32,000 nt of DNA from Mycolicibacterium smegmatis (GCF_001457595.1 NZ_LN831039.1:1020001-1052000), one strand, 5' to 3'; positions 1-10,773 are shown, counted from the first letter of the stretch. Notes: generated from the sequence alone by a model not told the origin. Program-made: numbers and translations.

Positions 1-542
1 CCGAAATCGGTGCACACCAGCAGGGTGTTCTGGTCCTCCCACGACGCCGAGGACTTCGCCTCGTCCAGGTAGAACCCGTCGGTGACGAATTGTCGTGTCC
101 GCATGTCGAATTCGCGGGTCACCACGGCGTCGGCGCCGCCGCGGGACAGGCTGATCAGCGCCAGGGTGTACTCGGGTTCGATCACTTCCGCACCGGACCA
201 CACCCAGTTTTCGCCGTCTTCGCGCGCCAGCTCGTCGACGTCGATGATGACGTCCCAGTCGGGTTCGTCGGTGCGGTAGCTCTCCAGCGTCGTACGCCGC
301 CACACGCCCTTGGGGTTGGCCTCGTCGCGCCAGAAGTTGTAGAGGTACTCGCCGCGGCGCCGCACGTACGGGATGCGCGCGTCGGTGTCGAGGATTTCCA
401 GCAACTCGCCGCGGATTGCCTCGAAACGTTCACCGCTCAGTGCTTCGAGCGTCGGTTCGTTGTGGGCGCGCACCCACTCCAGCGCGTCGTCGCCGGTGAT
501 GTCTTCGAGCCAGAGGTAGGGGTCGTCGTCAGCCACCCACAC
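1..542 (-). CDS. prolyl oligopeptidase family (S9A) serine peptidase, N-terminal part; the gene continues past the window start
   Basis: This ORF is not in the track because it is open at the window edge. I translated the minus strand by hand and found no stops from 542 down to 3. The product begins [35 protein letters not shown]...[26 protein letters not shown]...[17 protein letters not shown], a typical prolyl endopeptidase N-terminus. It sits where Mtb Rv0457c does (from memory). The GTG 542-540 start is provisional because the frame stays open upstream. Confidence 0.75.
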   Translation of the reverse strand, partial: MWVADDDPYLWLEDITGDDALEWVRAHNEPTLEALSGERFEAIRGELLEILDTDARIPYVRRRGEYLYNFWRDEANPKGVWRRTTLESYRTDEPDWDVIIDVDELAREDGENWVWSGAEVIEPEYTLALISLSRGGADAVVTREFDMRTRQFVTDGFYLDEAKSSASWEDQNTLLVCTDF

Positions 543-605
543 ATTGTGGCCTGCGCGCGTAATGTGAGCTGCGTAACACCGCTTCGGAGGTACAGAGGAG
601 TCGAG

Positions 606-2129
<1,524 letters not shown>

Positions 2130-2162
2130 GCCTGCGCTGACACGGGAGAACTGGAGAACGAT

Positions 2163-2639
2163 ATGAGCACCCCGTCGAGGGCCCTGATCACCGCGGCGGC
2201 CGCCGATCTACTTGCGCGGTTGCAGAAGACGCACGGCGCGTTGATGTTTCATCAGTCCGGCGGCTGCTGTGACGGGTCGTCCCCGATGTGTTACCCCGAG
2301 GGCGATTTCATCGTCGGTGACCGCGACGTCCTTCTCGGGGTGCTCGACGTCGGTGACGGTGTCCCGGTCTGGATCTCGGGTCCGCAGTTCGAGGCGTGGA
2401 AGCACACGCAGCTGGTGATCGACGTGGTGCCCGGCCGTGGCGGCGGCTTCAGCCTCGAATCGCCTGAGGGGATGCGGTTCCTGTCGCGGGGACGCGCGTT
2501 CACCGACGCCGAGAACGAGGAACTGGCCGCGCAGCCGCCGATCACCGGCGCGCAGTACGCCGAGGGTGCCCGGCCGGTGCAGACCGGGACCTCCGTCGTC
2601 GCCGAGGCCGAGGACGCCTGCCCGGTACCGGGACGCTGA
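2163..2639 (+). CDS. DUF779 family protein (partner commonly found downstream of aldehyde dehydrogenases)
   Basis: 158 aa ORF starting 33 nt after the ALDH stop, with GGAG-like sequence before the ATG. It contains the Cys-rich HQSGGCCDGSSPMCYP motif typical of DUF779. It sits at the Rv0459 position. Confidence 0.85.
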   Translation: MSTPSRALITAAAADLLARLQKTHGALMFHQSGGCCDGSSPMCYPEGDFIVGDRDVLLGVLDVGDGVPVWISGPQFEAWKHTQLVIDVVPGRGGGFSLESPEGMRFLSRGRAFTDAENEELAAQPPITGAQYAEGARPVQTGTSVVAEAEDACPVPGR

Positions 2640-3509
2640 TCAGCGCCCTTTCTGCAGGGTGAACTGCGTGACGTCCACCTGGCCGTCGCGGAACAGTTGC
2701 GCGCACCCGGTCAGGTACTTCATGTACCGCTGGTAGACCTCCACCGACTGGATCGCGATGGCCTCGTCCTGGTGCGCCTGCAGGCGCGACGCCCAGATGT
2801 CGAGGGTCTTGGCGTAGTGCGGCTGCAGCGACTGCTCGCGGGACACGATGAAGCCGGCCCGTTCGGCGCGGTCGTGCACCATCTGAGATGACGGCAGCTG
2901 CCCGCCGGGGAAGATCTCGGTGAGGATGAACTTGACGAACTTCGCCATCTCCATCGTCATCGGGATCCCGGCCTCCCGGAAGTGGTTGGGGTGGAACCCG
3001 CAGATGGTGTGCAGCAGCATGACGCCGTCGTCGGGCAGCAGCGTGTGGGCCTTGCCGAAGAACTCGTCGTAGCGCTCATGCCGGAAGTGCTCGAACGCGC
3101 CGATCGACACGATGCGGTCGACGGGCTCGTCGAACTGCTCCCACCCCTGCAGCAGCACGCGCCGGGAACGCCTGCCGCCCACGTCGTCGAGCATGCGCTC
3201 GACGTAAGCGGCCTGGTTCCTCGACAGTGTCAGTCCCACCACGTTGACGTCGTGGGACTCGACCGCGCGCCGCATGGTCGCACCCCAGCCGCAGCCCACG
3301 TCGAGCAGCGTCATCCCGGGCTCCAGCCCCAGCTTGCCCAGGGCCAGGTCGATCTTCGCGATCTGCGCCTCTTCCAGCGTCATCCCGTCGTGGGCGAAGT
3401 ACGCACAGCTGTAGGTCTGCGTCGCGTCCAGGAACAACCGGAAGAAGTCGTCGGAAAGGTCGTAATGGGCCTGCACATCGGCAAAGTTGGGAGTCAGCGT
3501 CTCGCTCAC
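2640..3509 (-). CDS. cyclopropane/mycolic acid synthase family SAM-dependent methyltransferase
   Basis: 289 aa with a GTG start. It carries the SAM-binding motif LLDVGCGWG, and the HYDLSDDFFRLFLD and FPGGQLPS blocks typical of the CMAS family. It is a paralog of the 11799..12671 product. Confidence 0.9.
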   Translation of the reverse strand: MSETLTPNFADVQAHYDLSDDFFRLFLDATQTYSCAYFAHDGMTLEEAQIAKIDLALGKLGLEPGMTLLDVGCGWGATMRRAVESHDVNVVGLTLSRNQAAYVERMLDDVGGRRSRRVLLQGWEQFDEPVDRIVSIGAFEHFRHERYDEFFGKAHTLLPDDGVMLLHTICGFHPNHFREAGIPMTMEMAKFVKFILTEIFPGGQLPSSQMVHDRAERAGFIVSREQSLQPHYAKTLDIWASRLQAHQDEAIAIQSVEVYQRYMKYLTGCAQLFRDGQVDVTQFTLQKGR

Positions 3510-3674
3510 ACCGGTGCCTCTCTACTCATGGAAATGCCCACCAGGTGCGGCGGGGACACCCATATCAACGACGCCCGGCCGAATCCGCCTCGATATCGGC
3601 CGAAGCGGGCAGGTGTGGCGCATTCCGCTGCGATCGCCGCGTGTGACCGTTGCGCCGCCCACTAGGGTGGGAGC

Positions 3675-5069
3675 GTGACCCACTTTGACGTTGTTGTTCT
3701 CGGAGCCGGTCCCGGTGGATACGTCGCGGCCATTCGCGCCGCCCAGCTGGGGCTGAATACCGCAATTGTCGAACCCAAGTACTGGGGCGGCGTGTGTCTC
3801 AACGTTGGCTGTATCCCGTCCAAGGCGCTGCTGCGGAACGCCGAGATCGCCCACATGTTCAACAAGGAAGCCAAGACCTTCGGCATCAGTGGTGAGGCGA
3901 CGTTCGACTACGGCGCGGCGTTCGACCGCAGCCGCAAGGTCGCCGACGGCCGTGTCGCGGGCGTGCACTTCCTGATGAAGAAGAACAAGATCACCGAGAT
4001 CCACGGTTACGGGAAGTTCACCGGCCCCAACAGCCTGGAGGTCGCGCTCAACGACGGCGGGACCGAGAAAGTCGAGTTCTCCAACGCGATCATCGCGACC
4101 GGCAGCAGCACGCGCCTGGTGCCCGGCACGTCGTTGTCGGAGAACGTGGTCACCTACGAGACACAGATCCTCTCGCGTGAGCTGCCCGGCTCGATCATCA
4201 TCGCCGGCGCCGGCGCGATCGGCATGGAGTTCGCGTACGTGCTGAAGAACTACGGCGTCGACGTCACCATCGTCGAGTTCCTGCCGCGCGCCCTGCCCAA
4301 CGAGGACGCCGAGGTCTCCAAGGAGATCGAGAAGCAGTACAAGAAGCTGGGCGTGAAGATCCTCACCGGCACCAAGGTGGAGGGTATTGCCGATGACGGC
4401 TCGACGGTGAAGGTGACCGTCAGCAAGGACGGCAAGACCGAGGAACTCAAGGCCGACAAGGTGCTGCAGGCCATCGGCTTCGCACCCAACGTCGAGGGTT
4501 ACGGCCTGGAGGCGGCCGGTGTCGAGCTCACCGACCGCAAGGCCATCGGCATCGACGACTACATGCGCACCAACGTGGGGCACATCTACGCCATCGGTGA
4601 CGTCACCGGCAAGCTTCAGCTCGCCCACGTCGCCGAGGCGATGGCGGTGGTCGCGGCCGAAACCATCGCCGGCGCAGAGACTCTGCCGCTCGGCGACTAC
4701 CGCATGATGCCGCGCGCGACGTTTTGCCAGCCGCAGGTCGCGAGCTTCGGGCTCACCGAGCAGCAGGCTCGCGACGAGGGTTACGACGTGAAGGTCGCCA
4801 AGTTCCCGTTCACCGCGAACGGCAAGGCGCACGGCCTGGCCGACCCGACCGGGTTCGTGAAGCTCATCGCCGACGCCAAGTACGGCGAACTGCTCGGCGG
4901 GCACCTCATCGGCCCCGACGTCTCGGAGTTGCTGCCTGAGCTGACCCTGGCCCAGAAGTGGGACCTGACCGTCAACGAGCTCGCCCGCAACGTGCACACC
5001 CACCCGACGCTGTCGGAGGCGTTGCAGGAGTGCTTCCACGGTCTGGCCGGCCACATGATCAACTTTTGA
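3675..5069 (+). CDS. lpdC: dihydrolipoyl (dihydrolipoamide) dehydrogenase
   Basis: 464 aa with a GTG start. It has the FAD Rossmann motif [11 protein letters not shown], the redox disulfide [13 protein letters not shown] and the C-terminal HTHPTLSE motif. It sits at the Rv0462 position. Confidence 0.96.
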   Translation: MTHFDVVVLGAGPGGYVAAIRAAQLGLNTAIVEPKYWGGVCLNVGCIPSKALLRNAEIAHMFNKEAKTFGISGEATFDYGAAFDRSRKVADGRVAGVHFLMKKNKITEIHGYGKFTGPNSLEVALNDGGTEKVEFSNAIIATGSSTRLVPGTSLSENVVTYETQILSRELPGSIIIAGAGAIGMEFAYVLKNYGVDVTIVEFLPRALPNEDAEVSKEIEKQYKKLGVKILTGTKVEGIADDGSTVKVTVSKDGKTEELKADKVLQAIGFAPNVEGYGLEAAGVELTDRKAIGIDDYMRTNVGHIYAIGDVTGKLQLAHVAEAMAVVAAETIAGAETLPLGDYRMMPRATFCQPQVASFGLTEQQARDEGYDVKVAKFPFTANGKAHGLADPTGFVKLIADAKYGELLGGHLIGPDVSELLPELTLAQKWDLTVNELARNVHTHPTLSEALQECFHGLAGHMINF

Positions 5070-5335
5070 GAAACGAGATCGTCTCCGGCATAGCCGGTTT
5101 GGTGGCCGGCCACATTTTGTGGCTGGCCGCCATCACGTTGGCCACCGACAGCTCGCGGGTCACCCGCTGGGTTCTGGTGGTTGCCGCGCTGTCATTCGTG
5201 GGTGGTGCCGCGGCGGCCTGGGTGGGCTGGCGAAAGTACCAGCAGCGTTCGCGCGTGTGGGCGGCGTTTCTGTGGTGCCTGCCGGTGTCGCCCGTGTTGT
5301 TCTCGCTGACGCTGCTGGGCGTGACGTACCTGTAG
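5066..5335 (+). CDS. small integral membrane protein (Rv0463-like)
   Basis: This is the frame of track ORF 4958..5335. The hydrophobic part ([22 protein letters not shown]... and [23 protein letters not shown]) begins just after lpd. A TTG at 5066 overlaps the lpd stop (TTTGA). Alternative starts are TTG 5099 and GTG 5102. Confidence 0.55.
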   Translation: MRNEIVSGIAGLVAGHILWLAAITLATDSSRVTRWVLVVAALSFVGGAAAAWVGWRKYQQRSRVWAAFLWCLPVSPVLFSLTLLGVTYL

Positions 5336-5341
5336 GTTTGC

Positions 5342-5902
5342 TCAGTCGGGGAAGTCGAGTGGGATGCGCAGGGTCGCCATGGTGGCGGCAAGGCCGTCGT
5401 AATGCCCTGCGAGCAAACAGAATTCGATCAGCTGCGCCCGGTTGAGGTGCGTGGACAGCGCCGCCCAGGTCTCCGGTGACATCGAGCGCGTGACCACGAA
5501 CTCGTCGGTCGCGGTGATGAGCGTCCGCTGACGATCGGTCAGGCCCTCGGCGTCGGGCCCCTCGAAGATTTTGGCCTGTGTTTCGGCGTCGAGGCCGCGG
5601 CTGCGGGCCAGCCGGCGGTGCTGCTGCAGTTCGTAGGTGCTGCCACGCAGGTGCGCCACGCGCAGGATGACCAGTTCGGTGTCGCGCTTGGGCAGTTTGC
5701 CCCAGTTCAGCAGCACACCGGAGTACGGCAGAAACGCCAGGAACGCCAGCTTGTGCTGGCCGATGACGTCGAACAGGTGAAAGCGCGGTGCCCGGATCGC
5801 GCGTGCCCCCGCCCGGGCCGCGATCCAGCCGATCGGCCCGAGAGCGCGCAGGCTGCGGGTGGCGGGGATACGGGCGGGCTCGGTCTGATGGTCGCGGGTC
5901 AC
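5342..5902 (-). CDS. carboxymuconolactone decarboxylase (AhpD-like) family protein
   Basis: 186 aa. The CMD-like core is VILRVAHLRGSTYELQQHRRLARSRGL. It lies 27 nt downstream of ramB on the same strand, as Rv0464c lies after Rv0465c. Confidence 0.75.
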   Translation of the reverse strand: MTRDHQTEPARIPATRSLRALGPIGWIAARAGARAIRAPRFHLFDVIGQHKLAFLAFLPYSGVLLNWGKLPKRDTELVILRVAHLRGSTYELQQHRRLARSRGLDAETQAKIFEGPDAEGLTDRQRTLITATDEFVVTRSMSPETWAALSTHLNRAQLIEFCLLAGHYDGLAATMATLRIPLDFPD

Positions 5903-5929
5903 CTCCGCGAGTCTAAAGAACCGCTTCGG

Positions 5930-7366
5930 TCAGCCGAGCGGTTTCACCTCGCTCGGCCTGACCAGATACGGCGACACCGTGGACCGGTGCTCGTCGAGGT
6001 CGAGTGCCTTGCCCAGCGCGGGGAACGCGCGCTGCGGGCAGTTGTCGCGTTCGCACACGCGGCATCCCGCACCGATCGGGGTGCTGACGTTGCCCGACAG
6101 GTCGAGGCCTTCGGAGTAGACGAGCCGATGCGCATGGCGCAGTTCGCATCCCAGACCGATCGCGAAGGTCTTGCCGGGCTGACCGTACCGGTGCGCGCGA
6201 CGCTCGACGGTGCGCGCGACCCACATGTAGTGCCTGCCGTCGGGCATCTGCGCAATCTGGACCAGGATCTTGCCGGGGTAGGCGAATGTCTCGTAGACGT
6301 TCCACAGCGGGCACGTGCCGCCTGACGACGAGAAGTGGAAACCGGTGGCGGACTGGCGTTTCGACATGTTTCCCGCGCGGTCGACGCGGACGAACGAGAA
6401 CGGCACGCCGCGCATCGACGGGCGCTGCAGCGTCGAGAGCCGGTGCCCGATGGTCTCGTAGCTGACCTGGTAGAACGCCGACAGCCGCTCGATGTCGTAG
6501 CGGAAGTTTTCGGCGACATCGTGAAACTGCCGGTAGGGCAACACCGTCGCCGCGGCGAAGTAGTTGGCCAGGCCCAGCCGGGCCAGGGTGCGCGACTCGT
6601 CGCTGGTGAACCGGCCCTCGTCGACGAGCTTGTCGATGAGATCGCCGAATTCCAGGTATGCCAGTTCGGCGGCCATCTTGAACACCTGCTGACCGCGTGA
6701 GATGTGGTTGCTCATCTCCAGCGTTTTGGTGGCCGGGTCGTAGCGGTGCAATACGGTCTCGCCCATGTCGATGCGGCGCACCACCCGCACGCCGTGCACG
6801 CTGGTCAGCCGGTTGGTCAGCTCGGCGGCCAGGTCGCCGCTGTGCATGCGCATGCGTGCGGTGAGATCCTCTGCGGCGGTGTCGAGTTCGTGCAGATAGT
6901 TCTGGCGCTCGTAGAAGTAGTCGCGCACTTCCTCGTGCGGCATCGTGATCGCGCCGCTGCCACTGCCGTCGGAATACCGGTCCTCGGTGGCGGCGGCCAG
7001 TTGCGTCGTGGCCAGCCGGTAACGCCGGTGCAGGTTCACCATCGCGCGTGCCAACTTGGGGTGCGAGGCCACCATGTCGGCGACCTCGGTGAGGTCGACG
7101 TCGGAGGCACCCAGGTCGCGATCGAGGGTGACCTCGCGCAGTTCGGCCACCAGGCGCGTGTCGTCCTGCGGGGAGAAGAACGTCGCGTCGACGCCGAACA
7201 CCTCGGTGATGCGAAGCAGCACCGCGACCGTCAACGGGCGCACGTCGTGCTCGATCTGGTTGAGGTAGCTCGGCGAGATGTCGAGCATCTGCGCGAGCGC
7301 GGCCTGGCTGAATCCGCGTTCGCTCCGCAGTTGTCGCACCCGCGAACCGACGAACGTCTTCGGCAC
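5930..7366 (-). CDS. ramB: XRE-family HTH regulator with ImmA/IrrE-like and DUF2083 domains (RamB, regulator of acetate/glyoxylate metabolism)
   Basis: 478 aa. The N-terminal HTH is FSQAALAQMLDISPSYLNQIEHD and the C-terminal Cys cluster is GAGCRVCERDNCPQRAFP. It lies near icl, as Rv0465c does. Confidence 0.9.
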   Translation of the reverse strand: MPKTFVGSRVRQLRSERGFSQAALAQMLDISPSYLNQIEHDVRPLTVAVLLRITEVFGVDATFFSPQDDTRLVAELREVTLDRDLGASDVDLTEVADMVASHPKLARAMVNLHRRYRLATTQLAAATEDRYSDGSGSGAITMPHEEVRDYFYERQNYLHELDTAAEDLTARMRMHSGDLAAELTNRLTSVHGVRVVRRIDMGETVLHRYDPATKTLEMSNHISRGQQVFKMAAELAYLEFGDLIDKLVDEGRFTSDESRTLARLGLANYFAAATVLPYRQFHDVAENFRYDIERLSAFYQVSYETIGHRLSTLQRPSMRGVPFSFVRVDRAGNMSKRQSATGFHFSSSGGTCPLWNVYETFAYPGKILVQIAQMPDGRHYMWVARTVERRAHRYGQPGKTFAIGLGCELRHAHRLVYSEGLDLSGNVSTPIGAGCRVCERDNCPQRAFPALGKALDLDEHRSTVSPYLVRPSEVKPLG

Positions 7367-7382
7367 GTTCTACATCCTAGGG

Positions 7383-7418
7383 CCTGTTGCAAAGCGGGCT
7401 TTAACAACATTTGCAAAC
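7383..7418. promoter_or_regulatory. two candidate RamB operator boxes in the ramB/hemerythrin divergent region
   Basis: TTTGCAAA lies at 7410-7417 within AACATTTGCAAAC. CTTTGCAA lies on the opposite strand at 7387-7394. Both resemble the corynebacterial RamB consensus A(A/G)AACTTTGCAAA as I remember it. Confidence 0.4.
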
Positions 7419-7474
7419 TGTGAGGGGGTCACGGGACATGGCTGATTCGGACGCTTCGGCGGGCGAGCTGACGC

Positions 7475-8158
7475 GTGAGATGGAGATGGCACACCCGCAT
7501 GTTCCGGCGGGAGTTCGGGCTTGCGGTCGACGTGGTCCGTGCCGTGGCGGCGGGGGAGGTCGCGCGCGCAGGCGTCATCGCCGACCATCTGAGATTCATC
7601 GCGACGCTGCTGCACCACCACCACGCCGGCGAGGACGACCACGTCTGGCCGTTGCTGCTGGAACGCGCTGCACCGCAGGCTCAGCGTGTCCACGACGTGG
7701 AACGTCAGCACCGCGACGTCGACGCAGCGCTGGACGCCGTGGCCGGTGCCGTCTCGGCATGGCGTCGCGACGCCGACGCCGTGAGCCGCGGCGCCCTGGT
7801 CGAGGCGCTGCAAACGCTCGAGGCTGTCGTGGTCGACCACATGGACTACGAGGAGCGCTGGATCGTTCCGGAGATGGAGCGTCACATCGCGCGGTCCGAG
7901 TGGGACCGTGTCATCGCCACCATGGCGATGGCGATCGACCCGAAAGACCTGATGCTCACGATCGGGATGACGACGTACGAGGGTGACGACGAGACCGTCG
8001 AGCGCACCATGGCGAACCTGCCGCCGGAAGTGGGCCCGAACCCGCGCCCGATTGCGCAGGCCGCCTACGCCGGCTACGCCGAGGTGATCTACGGCACCGA
8101 TGCGCCGCAGCGCAGCACCGAATTGTCCAGGTCAACGGCCGGGTCGCAGGGCGTTTGA
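7475..8158 (+). CDS. hemerythrin (HHE cation-binding) domain protein; 5' end uncertain
   Basis: 227 aa ORF with H-rich metal-ligand blocks (LLHHHHAGEDDHVWPLL, ERQHRDVD, VVVDHMDYEERWIVPEMERH). An in-frame stop at 7469-7471 limits this frame. A well-placed SD plus ATG at 7438 is in a different frame (see finding). Confidence 0.7.
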   Translation: MRWRWHTRMFRREFGLAVDVVRAVAAGEVARAGVIADHLRFIATLLHHHHAGEDDHVWPLLLERAAPQAQRVHDVERQHRDVDAALDAVAGAVSAWRRDADAVSRGALVEALQTLEAVVVDHMDYEERWIVPEMERHIARSEWDRVIATMAMAIDPKDLMLTIGMTTYEGDDETVERTMANLPPEVGPNPRPIAQAAYAGYAEVIYGTDAPQRSTELSRSTAGSQGV

Positions 8159-8209
8159 GCGATATGCGCTGATGAAAGCGGTGCCGTTGACGCTCTGGCA
8201 GTATGGGAT

Positions 8210-8236
8210 CGCCTGCTCAGCGGCCGCGAGCAGGCG
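8210..8236 (+). terminator. hairpin between the hemerythrin-like gene and the thioesterase gene
   Basis: CGCCTGCTC (8210-8218) pairs perfectly with GAGCAGGCG (8228-8236) around a 9-nt loop. There is no U-tract, which is common in mycobacteria. Confidence 0.35.
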
Positions 8237-8259
8237 ACTCAGATGGGAAAGACGAGAGC

Positions 8260-9108
8260 ATGACGGGCACCGAGAAGGGCAGCAAAGACAGCAGTGAGAA
8301 CAGTCTGGTGAGCACGGGTCTGGCCAAGACGATGATGCCCGTACCGGACCCGCACCCCGACGTGTTCGACACCGGCTGGCCATTGCGCGTCGCCGACATC
8401 GACCGCAACGGGCGGCTGCGCTTCGATGCCTCGACCCGGCACATCCAGGACATCGGCCAGGATCATCTGCGCCAGTTGGGGTTCGAGGACACCCATCCGG
8501 CCTGGATCGTGCGCCGCACCATGATCGACATGATCGAGCCCATCGAGTTCCCCGAACTGCTGCGGCTGCGCCGCTGGTGCTCGGGCACCTCGAACCGGTG
8601 GTGCGAGATGCGCGTGCGCATCGACGGACGCAAGGGCGGCCTGGTCGAGTCCGAGGCGTTCTGGATCAACATCAACCGCGAGACCCAGGGCCCGTCGCGG
8701 ATCGCCGACGACTTCCTGGCCGGACTGCGGCGCACCACCGACATCGACCGGCTGCGCTGGAAGCCCTATCTCAAGGCGGGCAGCCGCGAGGACGCGCTGG
8801 AGATCCGCGAGTACCCGGTGCGCGTCGCCGACATCGACCTGTTCGACCACATGAACAACGCCGTCTACTGGACCGTGGTCGAGGACTACCTGTACACGCA
8901 TCCCGAGCTGCTCGCGCAGCCGTTGCGCGTGACCATCGAGCACGACGCTCCCGTGGCGCTCGGCGACAAGCTGGAGATCATCTCCCACACCCACCCGCCG
9001 GGTACGACCGACAAATTCGGTCCGGAACTCACCGATCGGACTGTTACAACCCTCACATATGCGGTCGGCGAGGAGACGAAAGCCGTCGCCTGTCTCTTCT
9101 CGCTCTGA
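8260..9108 (+). CDS. acyl-ACP thioesterase family protein
   Basis: This is the frame of track ORF 8203..9108. I prefer ATG 8260, which is preceded by GGGAAAGACGAGAG. The double hotdog signature includes ADIDLFDHMNNAVYWTVVEDY. It sits at the Rv0466 position. An alternative start is ATG 8332. Confidence 0.75.
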   Translation: MTGTEKGSKDSSENSLVSTGLAKTMMPVPDPHPDVFDTGWPLRVADIDRNGRLRFDASTRHIQDIGQDHLRQLGFEDTHPAWIVRRTMIDMIEPIEFPELLRLRRWCSGTSNRWCEMRVRIDGRKGGLVESEAFWININRETQGPSRIADDFLAGLRRTTDIDRLRWKPYLKAGSREDALEIREYPVRVADIDLFDHMNNAVYWTVVEDYLYTHPELLAQPLRVTIEHDAPVALGDKLEIISHTHPPGTTDKFGPELTDRTVTTLTYAVGEETKAVACLFSL

Positions 9109-9233
9109 ATCAATCACGTTTAACAGTACGGGCGTACTGACCTGCGAAAAGTGGCTACTCGCCGGTAGCTTCTGAACCGGTACAGCCATCATATTTCTTC
9201 ACAATCTTCGCAAGTTAACGCACACGTTTCGCC

Positions 9234-9246
9234 AAAATTGGCAAAG
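9234..9246 (+). promoter_or_regulatory. candidate RamB box in the icl promoter
   Basis: AAAATTGGCAAAG matches about 10 of 13 positions of the remembered consensus. It lies in an AT-richer 248-bp region upstream of icl. Confidence 0.3.
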
Positions 9247-9308
9247 GAAACGGGTGGACCTGCGGTTATGTCATGTGCCATCGTCGGGTTAGCACACCAG
9301 TGAAGCTG

Positions 9309-9343
9309 CTGCGGTGTTAACAACCGCAGTGACTTAACAACCG
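9309..9343 (+). promoter_or_regulatory. icl 5' leader hairpin plus a 10-bp direct repeat, TTAACAACCG x2
   Basis: The stem pairs CTGCGGT (9309-9315) with ACCGCAG (9323-9329), with loop GTTAACA. TTAACAACCG occurs at 9317-9326 and 9334-9343, and the second copy abuts the SD GAAGGAG. Confidence 0.4.
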
Positions 9344-9356
9344 AAGGAGCCGTCCA

Positions 9357-10643
9357 ATGTCGACCGTTGGCACCCCGAAGTCCCCCGAGCAGATCCAGCA
9401 CGACTGGGATCACAACCCCCGCTGGAAGGGCATCAAGCGCGACTACACCCCCGAGGACGTCGTGGCCCTGCAGGGCACCGTCGTCGAGGAGCACACCCTG
9501 GCCCGCCGCGGCGCCGAGGTGCTGTGGGAGCAGCTGCACGACATGGACTTCGTCAACGCGCTCGGCGCGCTGACCGGCAACATGGCCGTCCAGCAGGTTC
9601 GCGCGGGCCTCAAGGCCATCTACCTGTCCGGCTGGCAGGTCGCCGGTGACGCCAACCTGTCCGGTCACACCTACCCCGACCAGAGCCTGTACCCGGCCAA
9701 CTCGGTGCCGCAGGTGGTCCGCCGCATCAACAACGCGCTGCTGCGCGCCGACGAGATCGCCAAGGTCGAGGGCGACACCTCGGTGGAGAACTGGCTGGCT
9801 CCGATCGTCGCCGACGGCGAGGCCGGCTTCGGTGGTGCCCTCAACGTCTACGAGCTGCAGAAGGCGATGATCGCCGCGGGTGTCGCGGGCTCGCACTGGG
9901 AAGATCAGCTGGCCTCGGAGAAGAAGTGCGGCCACCTCGGTGGCAAGGTGCTGATCCCGACCCAGCAGCACATCCGCACCCTGACCTCGGCGCGCCTGGC
10001 GGCCGACGTGGCCGACGTGCCCACCGTCGTCATCGCCCGCACCGACGCCGAGGCCGCCACGCTGATCACGTCCGACGTCGACGAGCGCGACCAGCCGTTC
10101 ATCACCGGTGAGCGCACCAAGGAAGGCTTCTTCCGCGTGAAGAACGGCCTGGAGCCCTGCATCGCGCGCGCCAAGGCCTACGCGCCGTACTCCGACCTGA
10201 TCTGGATGGAGACCGGCACGCCGGATCTCGAGCTCGCCAAGAAGTTCGCCGAGGGCGTCAAGGCGGAGTTCCCCGACCAGATGCTGGCCTACAACTGCTC
10301 GCCGTCGTTCAACTGGAAGAAGCACCTCGACGACGCCACCATCGCGAAGTTCCAGAAGGAACTGGGCGCCATGGGCTTCAAGTTCCAGTTCATCACGCTG
10401 GCCGGCTTCCACGCGCTCAACTACTCGATGTTCGATCTGGCCTACGGCTACGCCCGCAACCAGATGAGCGCGTACGTCGAACTGCAGGAGCGCGAGTTCG
10501 CTGCCGAGGAGCGCGGCTACACCGCCACCAAGCACCAGCGCGAGGTGGGTGCCGGCTACTTCGACCGCATCGCCACCACGGTCGACCCCAACAGCTCGAC
10601 CACCGCGCTCGCGGGCTCGACCGAAGAGGGTCAGTTCCACTGA
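9357..10643 (+). CDS. icl1: isocitrate lyase
   Basis: 428 aa. It carries the catalytic KKCGHLGGK motif, and GAAGGAG lies 7-8 nt before the ATG. It is near-collinear with mycobacterial Icl1 (Rv0467). Confidence 0.97.
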   Translation: MSTVGTPKSPEQIQHDWDHNPRWKGIKRDYTPEDVVALQGTVVEEHTLARRGAEVLWEQLHDMDFVNALGALTGNMAVQQVRAGLKAIYLSGWQVAGDANLSGHTYPDQSLYPANSVPQVVRRINNALLRADEIAKVEGDTSVENWLAPIVADGEAGFGGALNVYELQKAMIAAGVAGSHWEDQLASEKKCGHLGGKVLIPTQQHIRTLTSARLAADVADVPTVVIARTDAEAATLITSDVDERDQPFITGERTKEGFFRVKNGLEPCIARAKAYAPYSDLIWMETGTPDLELAKKFAEGVKAEFPDQMLAYNCSPSFNWKKHLDDATIAKFQKELGAMGFKFQFITLAGFHALNYSMFDLAYGYARNQMSAYVELQEREFAAEERGYTATKHQREVGAGYFDRIATTVDPNSSTTALAGSTEEGQFH

Positions 10644-10682
10644 GCCACCGGTGACGGCTCCACCCGGTAAGTGTTGACAGCG

Positions 10683-10715
10683 CAGGCCCCGCTCAGGTTT
10701 CTTGGGCGGGGCCTG
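10683..10715 (+). terminator. icl downstream terminator-like hairpin
   Basis: CAGGCCCCGC (10683-10692) pairs perfectly with GCGGGGCCTG (10706-10715). Loop bases can extend the stem. It lies 40 nt after the icl stop. Confidence 0.55.
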
Positions 10716-10773
10716 TCGCGTGTCTGCGGAATGCGAGAGTTGAACGGCCCGCACGCGAGGAGGAAAACAAGCA

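Noticed and set aside
90-605. N-terminal 172-codon extension of the ALDH ORF (track ORF 90..2129)
   Set aside because: The extension is antisense to the prolyl oligopeptidase N-terminus, which translates cleanly. ALDH homology and the expected 507 aa length begin at ATG 606.
3522-5054. 510 aa minus-strand ORF antisense to lpd
   Set aside because: It is rejected for the same reason: the plus strand encodes a full dihydrolipoamide dehydrogenase with all signature motifs, and the antisense translation is compositionally degenerate.
7411-7986. 191 aa plus-strand ORF overlapping the hemerythrin-like gene in another frame
   Set aside because: Beyond its first ~19 codons from ATG 7438, the translation is an Arg/Pro/Gly-rich shadow of the hemerythrin frame. 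Only the 5' part is considered meaningful (see the frame-break finding).
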